A stretch of DNA of 64,000 nt from Anaerolineae bacterium. GTDB taxonomy: Bacteria; Chloroflexota; Anaerolineae; UBA1429. The stretch lies in NCBI GenBank assembly GCA_963675785.1, contig OY776562.1:1120001-1184000 (forward strand), given 5' to 3'. The notes beneath the pieces were generated by a model that was given only the letters and a program-made list of their open reading frames with translations, was not told the DNA's origin and ran no database searches. Both the position numbers and the translations under genes were made by a program. Shown here piece after piece: positions 17,679-25,750 of the stretch. Each line of letters starts with the position of its first letter. Within the stretch, counting starts at the first letter, position 1.

Positions 17679-18782
17679 CTAGATGACAAACTTGCCGTCT
17701 TTGTAGAGCAGCTCGCCGTCCACCCGAATCTCGCTCTCTTGCCGCATGTCGCAGATGAGGTCGAGGTGGATGCTTGAGTCGTTCGTGCCGCCAGTCTCCG
17801 GGAATCCCCTCCCCAAAGCGATGTGAATGGTGCCGCCGATTTTCTCATCGAACAGGATGCTGTGGGTGAACTGCTGAATCCCATAGTTGGTGCCAATGGC
17901 AAACTCGCCCAACTGTGAGGAGCCCTTATCTGTTTCCAGCAGACTGCGCATGAAATCCTCGTTCCGGGTCGCCGTCATCTTAGTGACTACGCCATCGCTG
18001 AACTCAAGGCGTACCCCTTCGATGGCTCGCCCCGCCGTTACCGCGGGAAAGCTCGTCTCGTACCAGCCATTTACCGAGCCAGCCACGGGCGTAGTGTACA
18101 CTTCACCGCTGGGCATGTTCTTTTGTCCGTCCGAATTGATGAACGCGCGCCCCTCAATGGATAGCGTCAGGTCGCAGTGCGGCCCCATGGCGTGTATCGC
18201 CTTGTGCCCCCGCAGCCAATCTACAGCCTTTTGCTGCTCCCGCGAGATGCGCTTCCACTCTGCAATGGGATCTTCTTTGTCGGCATAGGTGGCGCCAAAC
18301 AAAAAGTCTTCAAACTCACCAAGGCTCATCGAGGCATCCTGGGCCAACGCCTGCGTGGGGAATTGGGTAATCACCCATCGAAATTTTCCCGAGGCGCTCC
18401 GCTCGCTCCAAATGCGCCCCAATTCCATGCGAGCAACTTGTCGAACTTGATGCTTTTTCGGATCAAGACTGGTGAGCGCACGCGTGTTATCGGGTGCATC
18501 CAAGCGGATCATACAATCCGCCTTTTCCACCAATATCTCTTCAACGGGCGTTATATAGGTCAACTGTTCTTTGTTGGCATGGCGCATGAATGTTTCCTGC
18601 AGGCCAGCATCTTCGATCGTGATCAAGGGGTTACCGCCAGCAGCCAGCACGGCCTTGACCACCTCATTGGCCAGAGGAATGGCTGGTGTGCTAGCATTGA
18701 TGATCACCAGATCTCCTGGTTGAACGCGTGTCGAATAATTGACCAGGACGTTTGCCAAGCGTGTATGACGGATGTCTGCCAT
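17679..18782 (-). CDS. Aminopeptidase, M29 family (AmpS/AmpT-like)
   Basis: NMPSGEVYT, GEFAIG, LFDEKIGGTIHIALG, SIHLD. Confidence 0.92.
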   Translation of the reverse strand: MADIRHTRLANVLVNYSTRVQPGDLVIINASTPAIPLANEVVKAVLAAGGNPLITIEDAGLQETFMRHANKEQLTYITPVEEILVEKADCMIRLDAPDNTRALTSLDPKKHQVRQVARMELGRIWSERSASGKFRWVITQFPTQALAQDASMSLGEFEDFLFGATYADKEDPIAEWKRISREQQKAVDWLRGHKAIHAMGPHCDLTLSIEGRAFINSDGQKNMPSGEVYTTPVAGSVNGWYETSFPAVTAGRAIEGVRLEFSDGVVTKMTATRNEDFMRSLLETDKGSSQLGEFAIGTNYGIQQFTHSILFDEKIGGTIHIALGRGFPETGGTNDSSIHLDLICDMRQESEIRVDGELLYKDGKFVI

Positions 18783-18843
18783 AGGGTCTGCTCCTTTATT
18801 ATAAGTGATTGTATTCTAGTCGGATATAGAAGGCCCTACAACC

Positions 18844-18875
18844 AAGAAACCCACGGCATATGCCGTGGGTTTCTT
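18844..18875. terminator. Perfect 32-bp palindrome, terminator of the PadR-DUF5320 operon
   Basis: AAGAAACCCACGGCAT|ATGCCGTGGGTTTCTT. Confidence 0.8.
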
Positions 18876-18893
18876 AACTCAGGTATTGTGAAG

Positions 18894-19274
18894 CTATTCC
18901 TTGACGGAACCTTCTGCAGAACCTTCATTCATATCGGCTAGATCAGCCTCGATGGCTTCTAGCTCTTGTCGCAGAGCATTGGCTCTGTTCTCCAGCATCT
19001 CTTTGTGAGAGGGTCTGCTTTCAAAACCTGCCTCTGGGCCCATAGGGCCGTATCCGGGGCCCGCAGGCACCCAATAGCCTTCGTACCCCCAACTGTGGTG
19101 CATGCCCATGCCGCGGCCGAAACCCCGGCGGCCTCTGCTCCAAAATCTCCGGTGTCTACGGCCGCAGTGGGCCATATTTGCATAGCCGGGATGCTCATAT
19201 CCTGCGCAGTAACCTGCGCCTCTGCCTGTCATTGGGCCCATCTCTTCGGGCCCTGTACCATCTCCAAATGGCAT
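18894..19274 (-). CDS. DUF5320 family protein (Gly/Arg-rich, C-terminal coiled coil)
   Basis: MP.GDGTGP...GPMTGRGAGYCAG N-terminus, RG-rich middle, LENRANALRQELEAIE coiled coil. Confidence 0.85.
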   Translation of the reverse strand: MPFGDGTGPEEMGPMTGRGAGYCAGYEHPGYANMAHCGRRHRRFWSRGRRGFGRGMGMHHSWGYEGYWVPAGPGYGPMGPEAGFESRPSHKEMLENRANALRQELEAIEADLADMNEGSAEGSVKE

Positions 19275-19310
19275 ATTGCTACTCCTTGCTTATTTCTGAA
19301 TTGCGATTGC

Positions 19311-19502
19311 TTAGAAGCGTCGCCCTCGGCCACGCCCGCGCCCCCAAAGCCGTCCGAGCCAACGTCTCTTGCCAAGTCGGCGACGGGGATTGTCAAAACG
19401 TTCATCCATGTATCCTGGTTGGTCATATCCTGCACAGTAACCTGCACCTCTGCCTGTCATGGCACCCTTTCCTTCGGGCCCTGTTTTATCTCCTGCTGGC
19501 AT
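19311..19502 (-). CDS. Short DUF5320 paralog (conserved N-terminus plus RG tail only)
   Basis: MPAGDKTGPEGKGAMTGRGAGYCAG, RGRGRGRRF tail; AAGGAGG RBS. Confidence 0.8.
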   Translation of the reverse strand: MPAGDKTGPEGKGAMTGRGAGYCAGYDQPGYMDERFDNPRRRLGKRRWLGRLWGRGRGRGRRF

Positions 19503-19589
19503 TGTGTACCTCCTTTGCCTGCTTGCGCGATAACTTGATAATCGAGCGATTCCTTTTCTACAAACGACCTACTCTCAAAAGATGGCCCC

Positions 19590-19970
19590 CTACTTCTCAG
19601 GGTGCTCCAGTTGTTCATAGGCCCTGAGAAAGTCGTTCAACACATTCACCGTATCTTCAAGCTGCTCTGCCCAATCTTGCAAGATCATGAGGCCATCGGC
19701 TGTGATGCGGTAAACGCGCCTGGCAGGGCCGGCCGCCGTATCCGTATCCCAATCAGAAAGTACCAGATCATCCATCTCGAACTGGCGCATCATGCGATAA
19801 ACCAGGCTTGGGGCCACGCCCGGCATACCCATTTCACCCAACTCTTGGATCAGCTCGTAACCATACGAGGGTTTGCGGGCTACAAGTAGCAACAAAAAGG
19901 GCTCCATGTGGCGCCTGGCTGGCAAGTGTCGGCCGTGCCCTCGTCCACCCCATCCGTGTCTTCCCGGCAT
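19590..19970 (-). CDS. PadR family transcriptional regulator
   Basis: PSYGYEL, VYRMM, GPARRVYRITADG; AAGGAG RBS. Confidence 0.92.
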   Translation of the reverse strand: MPGRHGWGGRGHGRHLPARRHMEPFLLLLVARKPSYGYELIQELGEMGMPGVAPSLVYRMMRQFEMDDLVLSDWDTDTAAGPARRVYRITADGLMILQDWAEQLEDTVNVLNDFLRAYEQLEHPEK

Positions 19971-19980
19971 GGTCTCTCCT

Positions 19981-20042
19981 TACATCTATGTACTAAATGT
20001 ACATAGTGACTAAATAATACTATATGCTAACGCATTTGTCAA
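19981..20042 (-). promoter_or_regulatory. sigma70 promoter and PadR-like operator
   Basis: TTGACA-N17-TATTAT (20042-20014); CTATGTAC-N5-GTACATAG dyad at 19986-20006. Confidence 0.75.
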
Positions 20043-20061
20043 GTCTTTTTCAAACATACGC

Positions 20062-20090
20062 TTGACACGTTTACCTGTTGTGCGTATGCT
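20062..20090 (+). promoter_or_regulatory. sigma70 promoter of the B12 operon
   Basis: TTGACA-N17-TATGCT. Confidence 0.75.
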
Positions 20091-20106
20091 CACGCTGTCT
20101 AATGAA

Positions 20107-20226
20107 TGGCAGGGGTGCTCCCGAGCCCGGATGTGACGGAGCACAATGGGGGAAGCCGGTGAAAGACCGGCGCTGTCCCGCAACTGTAAGGCGCTAACGC
20201 GCCAAGCCAGGATGCCCGCCTCTGCT
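20107..20226 (+). ncRNA. Cobalamin (B12) riboswitch
   Basis: GGGAAGCCGGTGAAAGACCGGCGCTGTCCCGCAACTGT core and AGCCAGGATGCCCGCC B12-box, upstream of an ECF transporter operon. Confidence 0.93.
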
Positions 20227-20291
20227 ATCCGCCCAGCAACCTTCGTGGAGAAAGGGGTGCTCGCATGTCTAGGTGTATCTATCTTTCCGTC

Positions 20292-20349
20292 GCGACACTA
20301 TTACCAAGAGGCCATCCAGGCTTTGTGGTAATGGGGTCGTTTTCTTTTT
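20292..20349 (+). terminator. Attenuator terminator in the riboswitch expression platform
   Basis: GCGAC..TATTACCA...TGGTAATG..GTCGT followed by TTTCTTTTT before the first start codon. Confidence 0.65.
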
Positions 20350-20370
20350 GTGTAAAAAAGGATGGACGGA

Positions 20371-22689
20371 ATGAATAAGCGAACGCGTGCTAGATGGTTA
20401 TCGATAATCTTGAGTGTTGTGATGCTGGCCAATCTATTCGTGGGCAGTGTCAGTGCAATGCCAAGTCTATCTGAGACGGCAGAAGCTCCGTCAGATAAAG
20501 CCATCGCTTATCTGGCAGATCAGCAGCAAACCGATGGTGGCCTGTCGGGCTTTGGCGGTGATTCGGATGTGGCGACGAGTGCTCTGGGGCTTGTGGCTCT
20601 GGGGCTCGCAGGCGTAGATCCCGAGTACATGTCTACAGATTCAACGGACATCAGCTTGCTCGATTTTGTGGTGAATAATGCCATTACCTACACCCACGAA
20701 ATCACCGGAACGAGCGCAGCAAACCTCTTCCCCGGGCGCGCTGGTTTGGTGCTCACCGGCATGGCATCTGTGTACCCTACATTTGACGAGATGTACACGG
20801 CTGAAGGCTTTGCGGATGCTTACAGTGTCATATCCCAGCTTAGTTCACAGCTAAGGCAAGCCTATGATTCCGAAACTGGTGCTTACGCGACCGACGCTCT
20901 GGAAGGATGGACGAGCGGGGCTGCCAGTATTTCTAATCAGGCTTGGAGCATCTTGGGGTTGACTTCGTTGACCGGCTCAGTACCAGTAACAGCGACCAAT
21001 TGGTTGATCGATCAGCAAGATGTGGACGGCTCTTTCAACTATGCAGATCCTGATACGACGGCCTTGGTTGGTGTGGCCTTGTTGATGTCGGGCAATGTCG
21101 GTGCAGATGATGCTGCAATTCAGGCCATCGTCGATTACTTTCAGGATACTCAATTGGAATCTGGCGGTTGGCGCCCCTCTTGGGATACCGATGCCCTCAA
21201 TGCGGATACCACGGGCTGGGTACTCCAGTTCTTGCTCATGGCTGGCCATGATCCTGCCTCTCCCATGTGGAATGGCCCTTATGAGGCTTTGGCTAGTCTC
21301 CAGGGAGAGAGTGGCATTATCGGCGGTACCTATGCCAATGTCTATTCGACCGTAGAAGCCCTCTTTGGACTTTACGAGCGTCCTCTAACGCAGATCACTG
21401 CGCAAAACCTTCCCACGAGCATTCGCCCAATCCTTGCTGAGATGAACACCACTGGCGATGATGCCGGCTCTTGGAATGGTTATAGTGGTACGGCTGATGT
21501 GGGCTCTACTTGTGATGCAGTCATGGCCATTGCTTCTACTTATGTGGATCCTTCTACGATCGGTACGGTTGATCATTCTCCTATGGATTATTTGGCGAGT
21601 CAGGCAGACACCGTTGCGACGACGGGTGGAGCTTCTCTTGTGGGCAAGCTTGCTGTCACGGTGAAGGCTGCTGGTTTGGATACCACCTCTTTCGGTGGTC
21701 AAAACTTACCTGAAGTGTTGCTCAACGATTGGTACTCATCTACGGCTCGAGCTTTTTTGGATGAATATGGCGCTGTCGGTGACAGCTGGGTCCAATCCTA
21801 TGCCATTTTGGGCATGGCAACCATCACAGATACTAGCACAATTCCTGGCGCGGCGATTCAAACGCTTGAGAATATGCAGCAGGATGATGGTTCCTGGCTG
21901 GATGGCTGGGGTTATTCACCCATCGACAGTACAGGCCTTGTCTTGCAGGCCCTTGTCGCTGCTGATGGCACGCCCAGTGTTATCGCTGATGGTGTAGCCT
22001 ATCTCAAGAGCGTGCAAGAATCGGATGGGGGTTGGGGTAACGCCAACTCCACCTCTTTTGCTGTGCTCGGCCTCATCGCAGCCGGCGAGGATTTGCACAG
22101 TTCAGATTGGCTCGTCGATGGCAAAGGGCCTATTCAAGCCCTTTATAGCTTTGCCAAGGGCGATGGCGCTTTTGTCTGGATGTGGGAGAGCGAATGGTCT
22201 GCTCCTGTAGATAACCTTTATGCTCTTGAGCAATCGGTGCTGGCGCTAAGAGGTTGGGTAATGCCCTTTACAGGTGCCTCTATCCCCTTGATGACTGCTG
22301 AGCAGATGAATAGCTCGCTCAAGTCGGCTCTTCCCGATCCTGACCGTCTAGTGATTGATGGGGTGGATGTCCCGCGTTCTGCCTCGGGGCTGGATATCAA
22401 CGTGCCTTTCGGCTCTGATCTGGACGAGGATGCGACAGTGTCTGCCGAGCTACTGCCTTATGGCAGCACCGAATGGCTTTCTGTCGGCAGCTTGACCCGT
22501 GATACGGGTGTCTATAGCCTACATCTGTCCTCTTTGGATGCCGCGACAGCTTCCAGTGTGCGCGTAACAGTCGCTGATCCCGATACCGTACAGGATAAAA
22601 CTGATGTGGGTTCATCTTTGGTCTACACAGTGACCCTGGAAGAGTATTACCTTACCATTCCTTGGGTTACCAACTACGTTACTGATTGA
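20371..22689 (+). CDS. Secreted prenyltransferase/squalene-oxidase-repeat (alpha/alpha barrel) protein; probable corrinoid-capture surface protein
   Basis: Signal peptide; repeated QxxDG(G/S)(W/F) motifs (QQTDGGL, QDVDGSF, QLESGGW, QQDDGSW, QESDGGW) in two blocks; first gene after the B12 riboswitch. Confidence 0.8.
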   Translation: MNKRTRARWLSIILSVVMLANLFVGSVSAMPSLSETAEAPSDKAIAYLADQQQTDGGLSGFGGDSDVATSALGLVALGLAGVDPEYMSTDSTDISLLDFVVNNAITYTHEITGTSAANLFPGRAGLVLTGMASVYPTFDEMYTAEGFADAYSVISQLSSQLRQAYDSETGAYATDALEGWTSGAASISNQAWSILGLTSLTGSVPVTATNWLIDQQDVDGSFNYADPDTTALVGVALLMSGNVGADDAAIQAIVDYFQDTQLESGGWRPSWDTDALNADTTGWVLQFLLMAGHDPASPMWNGPYEALASLQGESGIIGGTYANVYSTVEALFGLYERPLTQITAQNLPTSIRPILAEMNTTGDDAGSWNGYSGTADVGSTCDAVMAIASTYVDPSTIGTVDHSPMDYLASQADTVATTGGASLVGKLAVTVKAAGLDTTSFGGQNLPEVLLNDWYSSTARAFLDEYGAVGDSWVQSYAILGMATITDTSTIPGAAIQTLENMQQDDGSWLDGWGYSPIDSTGLVLQALVAADGTPSVIADGVAYLKSVQESDGGWGNANSTSFAVLGLIAAGEDLHSSDWLVDGKGPIQALYSFAKGDGAFVWMWESEWSAPVDNLYALEQSVLALRGWVMPFTGASIPLMTAEQMNSSLKSALPDPDRLVIDGVDVPRSASGLDINVPFGSDLDEDATVSAELLPYGSTEWLSVGSLTRDTGVYSLHLSSLDAATASSVRVTVADPDTVQDKTDVGSSLVYTVTLEEYYLTIPWVTNYVTD

Positions 22690-22747
22690 TTCATGCTAAT
22701 ATACAGAGAGCAGACGTAATGTGCGTCTGCTCTCCGTGGAGATTGCG

Positions 22748-23899
22748 ATGTTCAAGTTTCGCTTGCGAATTGCTGTCACCTTGCTCTTGCTCTTTACCTG
22801 TGTCGGCATAGCTTCCCCTGTTGCTGCCGACTCTTCCAATCACGTAGGGCTGGTCGTTCAAAAGAGCGATGGCACCATCGTCACCCGCTGTGTCGAATTC
22901 ACTGAATCCGAGATCAGTGGCTTGGACGTGCTGCTGCGCTCAGGTTTAGAGATCAAGTACGCTGCTTCTTCACAGGGGACGACCGTGTGCTCCATTGATG
23001 GCGAAGGTTGTCCCTCCGGTGATTGTTTCTGTGATTTTCCGGAACGTTATTGGTCATATTGGCTGTGGGCGGACGGCACCTGGCAATACTCACCAGTCGG
23101 TGCCTCGCAGTTCAAGGTGCAGGATGGTGATATTCAGGGTTGGGCCTATACGGAGAATGCGCAGGCACCTTCGTTCACGCCGGATCTGGGTTCTATCTGC
23201 CAGCTACAGCCTACAGCAGTACCTGCAACCGCGACATCCACAGTAGCTCCAGCCACTGCGACACCTATACCTCCAACGGCTACTCTGGCGCCAACCGTTG
23301 TACCCACGCCTGATGTCTGGTTCCGTTTGGACGAGAATCCAATCAATGCAGGTGATTGCACCACTTTGCGCTGGGATACCGAGAGCGCCTGGGAGGTTTA
23401 TCTCGATGATGCAGGCCAGGCCCTGGATTCCAGTGTAAAAGTTTGCCCCACTGAGGCAACCGTCTATCAGTTGCGTGTTATCAGCGCTGCCGGTGAACAG
23501 ACCTACGAGTTAACGCTTGGCGTAACAGGCGTTTCCCCCACTATGACGACTTTGCCTACCGTTGCGCTAACCACTGCTAAAACCAGTACGCCAGCAATGA
23601 CTGAAATTGCGACATCAACGCCCATTGCGCAGCAGTTGGATCAACCCGTAGCAACATTGACTCGAACGGCGACGGTAGTACGAACGAGTACAATAGCGGC
23701 TACAGTTACCTCGATAGCTGCAAATAGTTCCAGTACTGTACCTTCGGCTACTGAAACGCAGTCGGCAGTCCCGACTTCTGAGGCCTCTGATACAGAGGTG
23801 GCTCAAGAACCCAACGAAACGACTGGCTATGTCATCCTGAGCGTGCTGGTCATTGCACTAGCTTCTTCCTTCTTTGTTGCTCGCCGAAAGCACAAGTAA
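22748..23899 (+). CDS. Membrane-anchored transcobalamin beta-domain-like (DUF4430/SCO2322-like) protein
   Basis: Signal peptide; GTTVCSIDG...YWSYW...G.W.YS.VGA...VQDGDIQGW; Pro/Thr linkers; C-terminal TM plus RRKHK. Confidence 0.75.
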   Translation: MFKFRLRIAVTLLLLFTCVGIASPVAADSSNHVGLVVQKSDGTIVTRCVEFTESEISGLDVLLRSGLEIKYAASSQGTTVCSIDGEGCPSGDCFCDFPERYWSYWLWADGTWQYSPVGASQFKVQDGDIQGWAYTENAQAPSFTPDLGSICQLQPTAVPATATSTVAPATATPIPPTATLAPTVVPTPDVWFRLDENPINAGDCTTLRWDTESAWEVYLDDAGQALDSSVKVCPTEATVYQLRVISAAGEQTYELTLGVTGVSPTMTTLPTVALTTAKTSTPAMTEIATSTPIAQQLDQPVATLTRTATVVRTSTIAATVTSIAANSSSTVPSATETQSAVPTSEASDTEVAQEPNETTGYVILSVLVIALASSFFVARRKHK

Positions 23900-24720
23900 T
23901 GATCAAACGTCTGGCGCGGCGCCTTGTCATCGTCCTCAGCTTGGCGATGGGGCTGCTCGCTTTTGCCTATCCTTTTGTGGATGTGGCCGCAGGAGCTCCT
24001 CACGGTAGCGGTACCACTACTTCTACTGCGGGAGCCCTATTCATTACTGTGGCCTTGGTTGCCATGCTCTTGGAGCTTCAATCCGATGGCATGGACGCGC
24101 GTTCTAGCGCCATGATCGGTGTTCTTGTCGCCATTACCAGCATCCTTCGCTTTATCGAAATCGCTGTACCGCTGCCGGGCGGCTTTTCGCCCATCTTTGC
24201 GCCCATTCTCATTGTGGGCTGGGTATTTGGTGGGCAGTTTGGTTTTCTCATGGGCAGCCTTACCATGCTCGTATCAGGTCTCATTACCGGCGGTATTGGC
24301 CCGTGGCTGCCTTACCAAATGTTCGCGGCGGGTTGGGTGGGTATGGGGGCTGGTGTGGCCCGTGGATTGAGGGATGTCTTGCGCCCACGTCAAACCTCCT
24401 TTGATCGCTGGGATCTGGCTGTTCTGGTGGCGATGGGGATTCTCTGGGGGCTGCTCTATGGCGCTATCATCAACCTCTACTTTTGGCCCTATGCCGTGGG
24501 CTCGGCAGATCAAACCTGGTCTGTGGGCATAGGCCTGGGGCAAACGCTCAAGCGCTACGCCCTGTTTTATGCGGCCTCTTCCTTCTTGTGGGATTTGGCT
24601 CGCTCCGCAGGAAATGCCGCCTTGCTGTTGGCTGTGGGCATGCCAGCCGCCAAGGCCTTGGAGCGTTTTGAGCGCCGCTTTTCCCATGAAATAGTACGTG
24701 AGGTTGCGCCCCATGCTTAA
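23899..24720 (+). CDS. cbrT: ECF transporter S component (CbrT-like, cobalamin)
   Basis: Multi-TM; FGGQFGFLMG, GGIGPWLPYQMF, WDLARS; B12 riboswitch operon. Confidence 0.8.
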   Translation: MIKRLARRLVIVLSLAMGLLAFAYPFVDVAAGAPHGSGTTTSTAGALFITVALVAMLLELQSDGMDARSSAMIGVLVAITSILRFIEIAVPLPGGFSPIFAPILIVGWVFGGQFGFLMGSLTMLVSGLITGGIGPWLPYQMFAAGWVGMGAGVARGLRDVLRPRQTSFDRWDLAVLVAMGILWGLLYGAIINLYFWPYAVGSADQTWSVGIGLGQTLKRYALFYAASSFLWDLARSAGNAALLLAVGMPAAKALERFERRFSHEIVREVAPHA

Positions 24721-25750
24721 TGCTGCAACCTGGTTGGTATGGGCTTTGGTTGTGCTGATTGTCTCTTCGGCGACACGCAATCCACTTTACATAACAGAAC
24801 TAATCGCTGTTTTGCTAATCGTTGATGCTACCACGGCTCGTTCTGACGATGCCCATGCTTGGATTTCCAGTTGGCGTTTTGCGGCAATTGCTGTGCCTGC
24901 TGCGGCCATCTTTAACGGCCTGACTGTGCACCTGGGCAACACCGTGCTGTTTCGTCTGCCAGATTGGCTGCCTTTGTTGGGCGGCATCGTTACCCTTGAG
25001 GGAATATGTTATGGCGCTCTCAACGGCCTCTTGTTGACCACCATTTTTTTAGGGTTTACCATCATGACCCGCCGCACCTACACCCATGATCTCGTGCGTC
25101 TCATACCTCGTGCGTTTTATCAGCTTGGGGTGGTGCTGGCCATCGCCATGACATATTTGCCGCAGACGCGCCAGAACCTTTCCCGCATTCGCGAGGCTCA
25201 AACCATTCGCGGTCTCAGCTCTACCAAAGTGCGCGATACGGCGCCTATCATAGTGCCCTTGTTGGTGGGGGGGCTAGAGCGTTCCATCGGCCTTTCTGAG
25301 GCGATGATGGCCCGTGGCTATGCCAGCAACGAGGTTGCTAAAACGGCACGTTGGCAACAGGCGTGGCTCATTGCAGCTTTGATCTTCTTACTTGGTGGTT
25401 GGGTTGGCCAGCTTCTGGTGGGAGGCCTATTCTATGTTGTGCTCATGGTCGCTGGAGGTAGCCTTTTCTTGTTGCTTATCTGGCTCAGGGGCCGCTCGGT
25501 GGAGGCCACCCGCTATCGCCAACATCATTTTTCCGCCGTCGATTGGTTCTGTCTGGCAGGGAGCGCCATCGCTCTGGCAGTCGTCACTCTGTTACCAGAG
25601 GCTCAATCTGCTTCACTCTATTACTCGCCCTATCCGATCTTGGCAATGCCCCCTTTCAATGTGTGGCTTGGCATTGGCCTGCTGGGGCTGTCCATCCCCG
25701 CTCTAGTCGCTCCTTGGATAGCGCCAACAGAGGCCCGATATGAAGATTAG
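24713..25750 (+). CDS. ecfT: ECF transporter T component
   Basis: Multi-TM; EAQTIRG and EAMMARGY coupling motifs. Confidence 0.88.
   Translation: MLNAATWLVWALVVLIVSSATRNPLYITELIAVLLIVDATTARSDDAHAWISSWRFAAIAVPAAAIFNGLTVHLGNTVLFRLPDWLPLLGGIVTLEGICYGALNGLLLTTIFLGFTIMTRRTYTHDLVRLIPRAFYQLGVVLAIAMTYLPQTRQNLSRIREAQTIRGLSSTKVRDTAPIIVPLLVGGLERSIGLSEAMMARGYASNEVAKTARWQQAWLIAALIFLLGGWVGQLLVGGLFYVVLMVAGGSLFLLLIWLRGRSVEATRYRQHHFSAVDWFCLAGSAIALAVVTLLPEAQSASLYYSPYPILAMPPFNVWLGIGLLGLSIPALVAPWIAPTEARYED

Noticed and set aside
20371-22689. Squalene-hopene cyclase or terpene biosynthesis gene
   Set aside because: Has a signal peptide, lacks an intact DxDD motif, and is the first gene of a B12-riboswitch ECF operon
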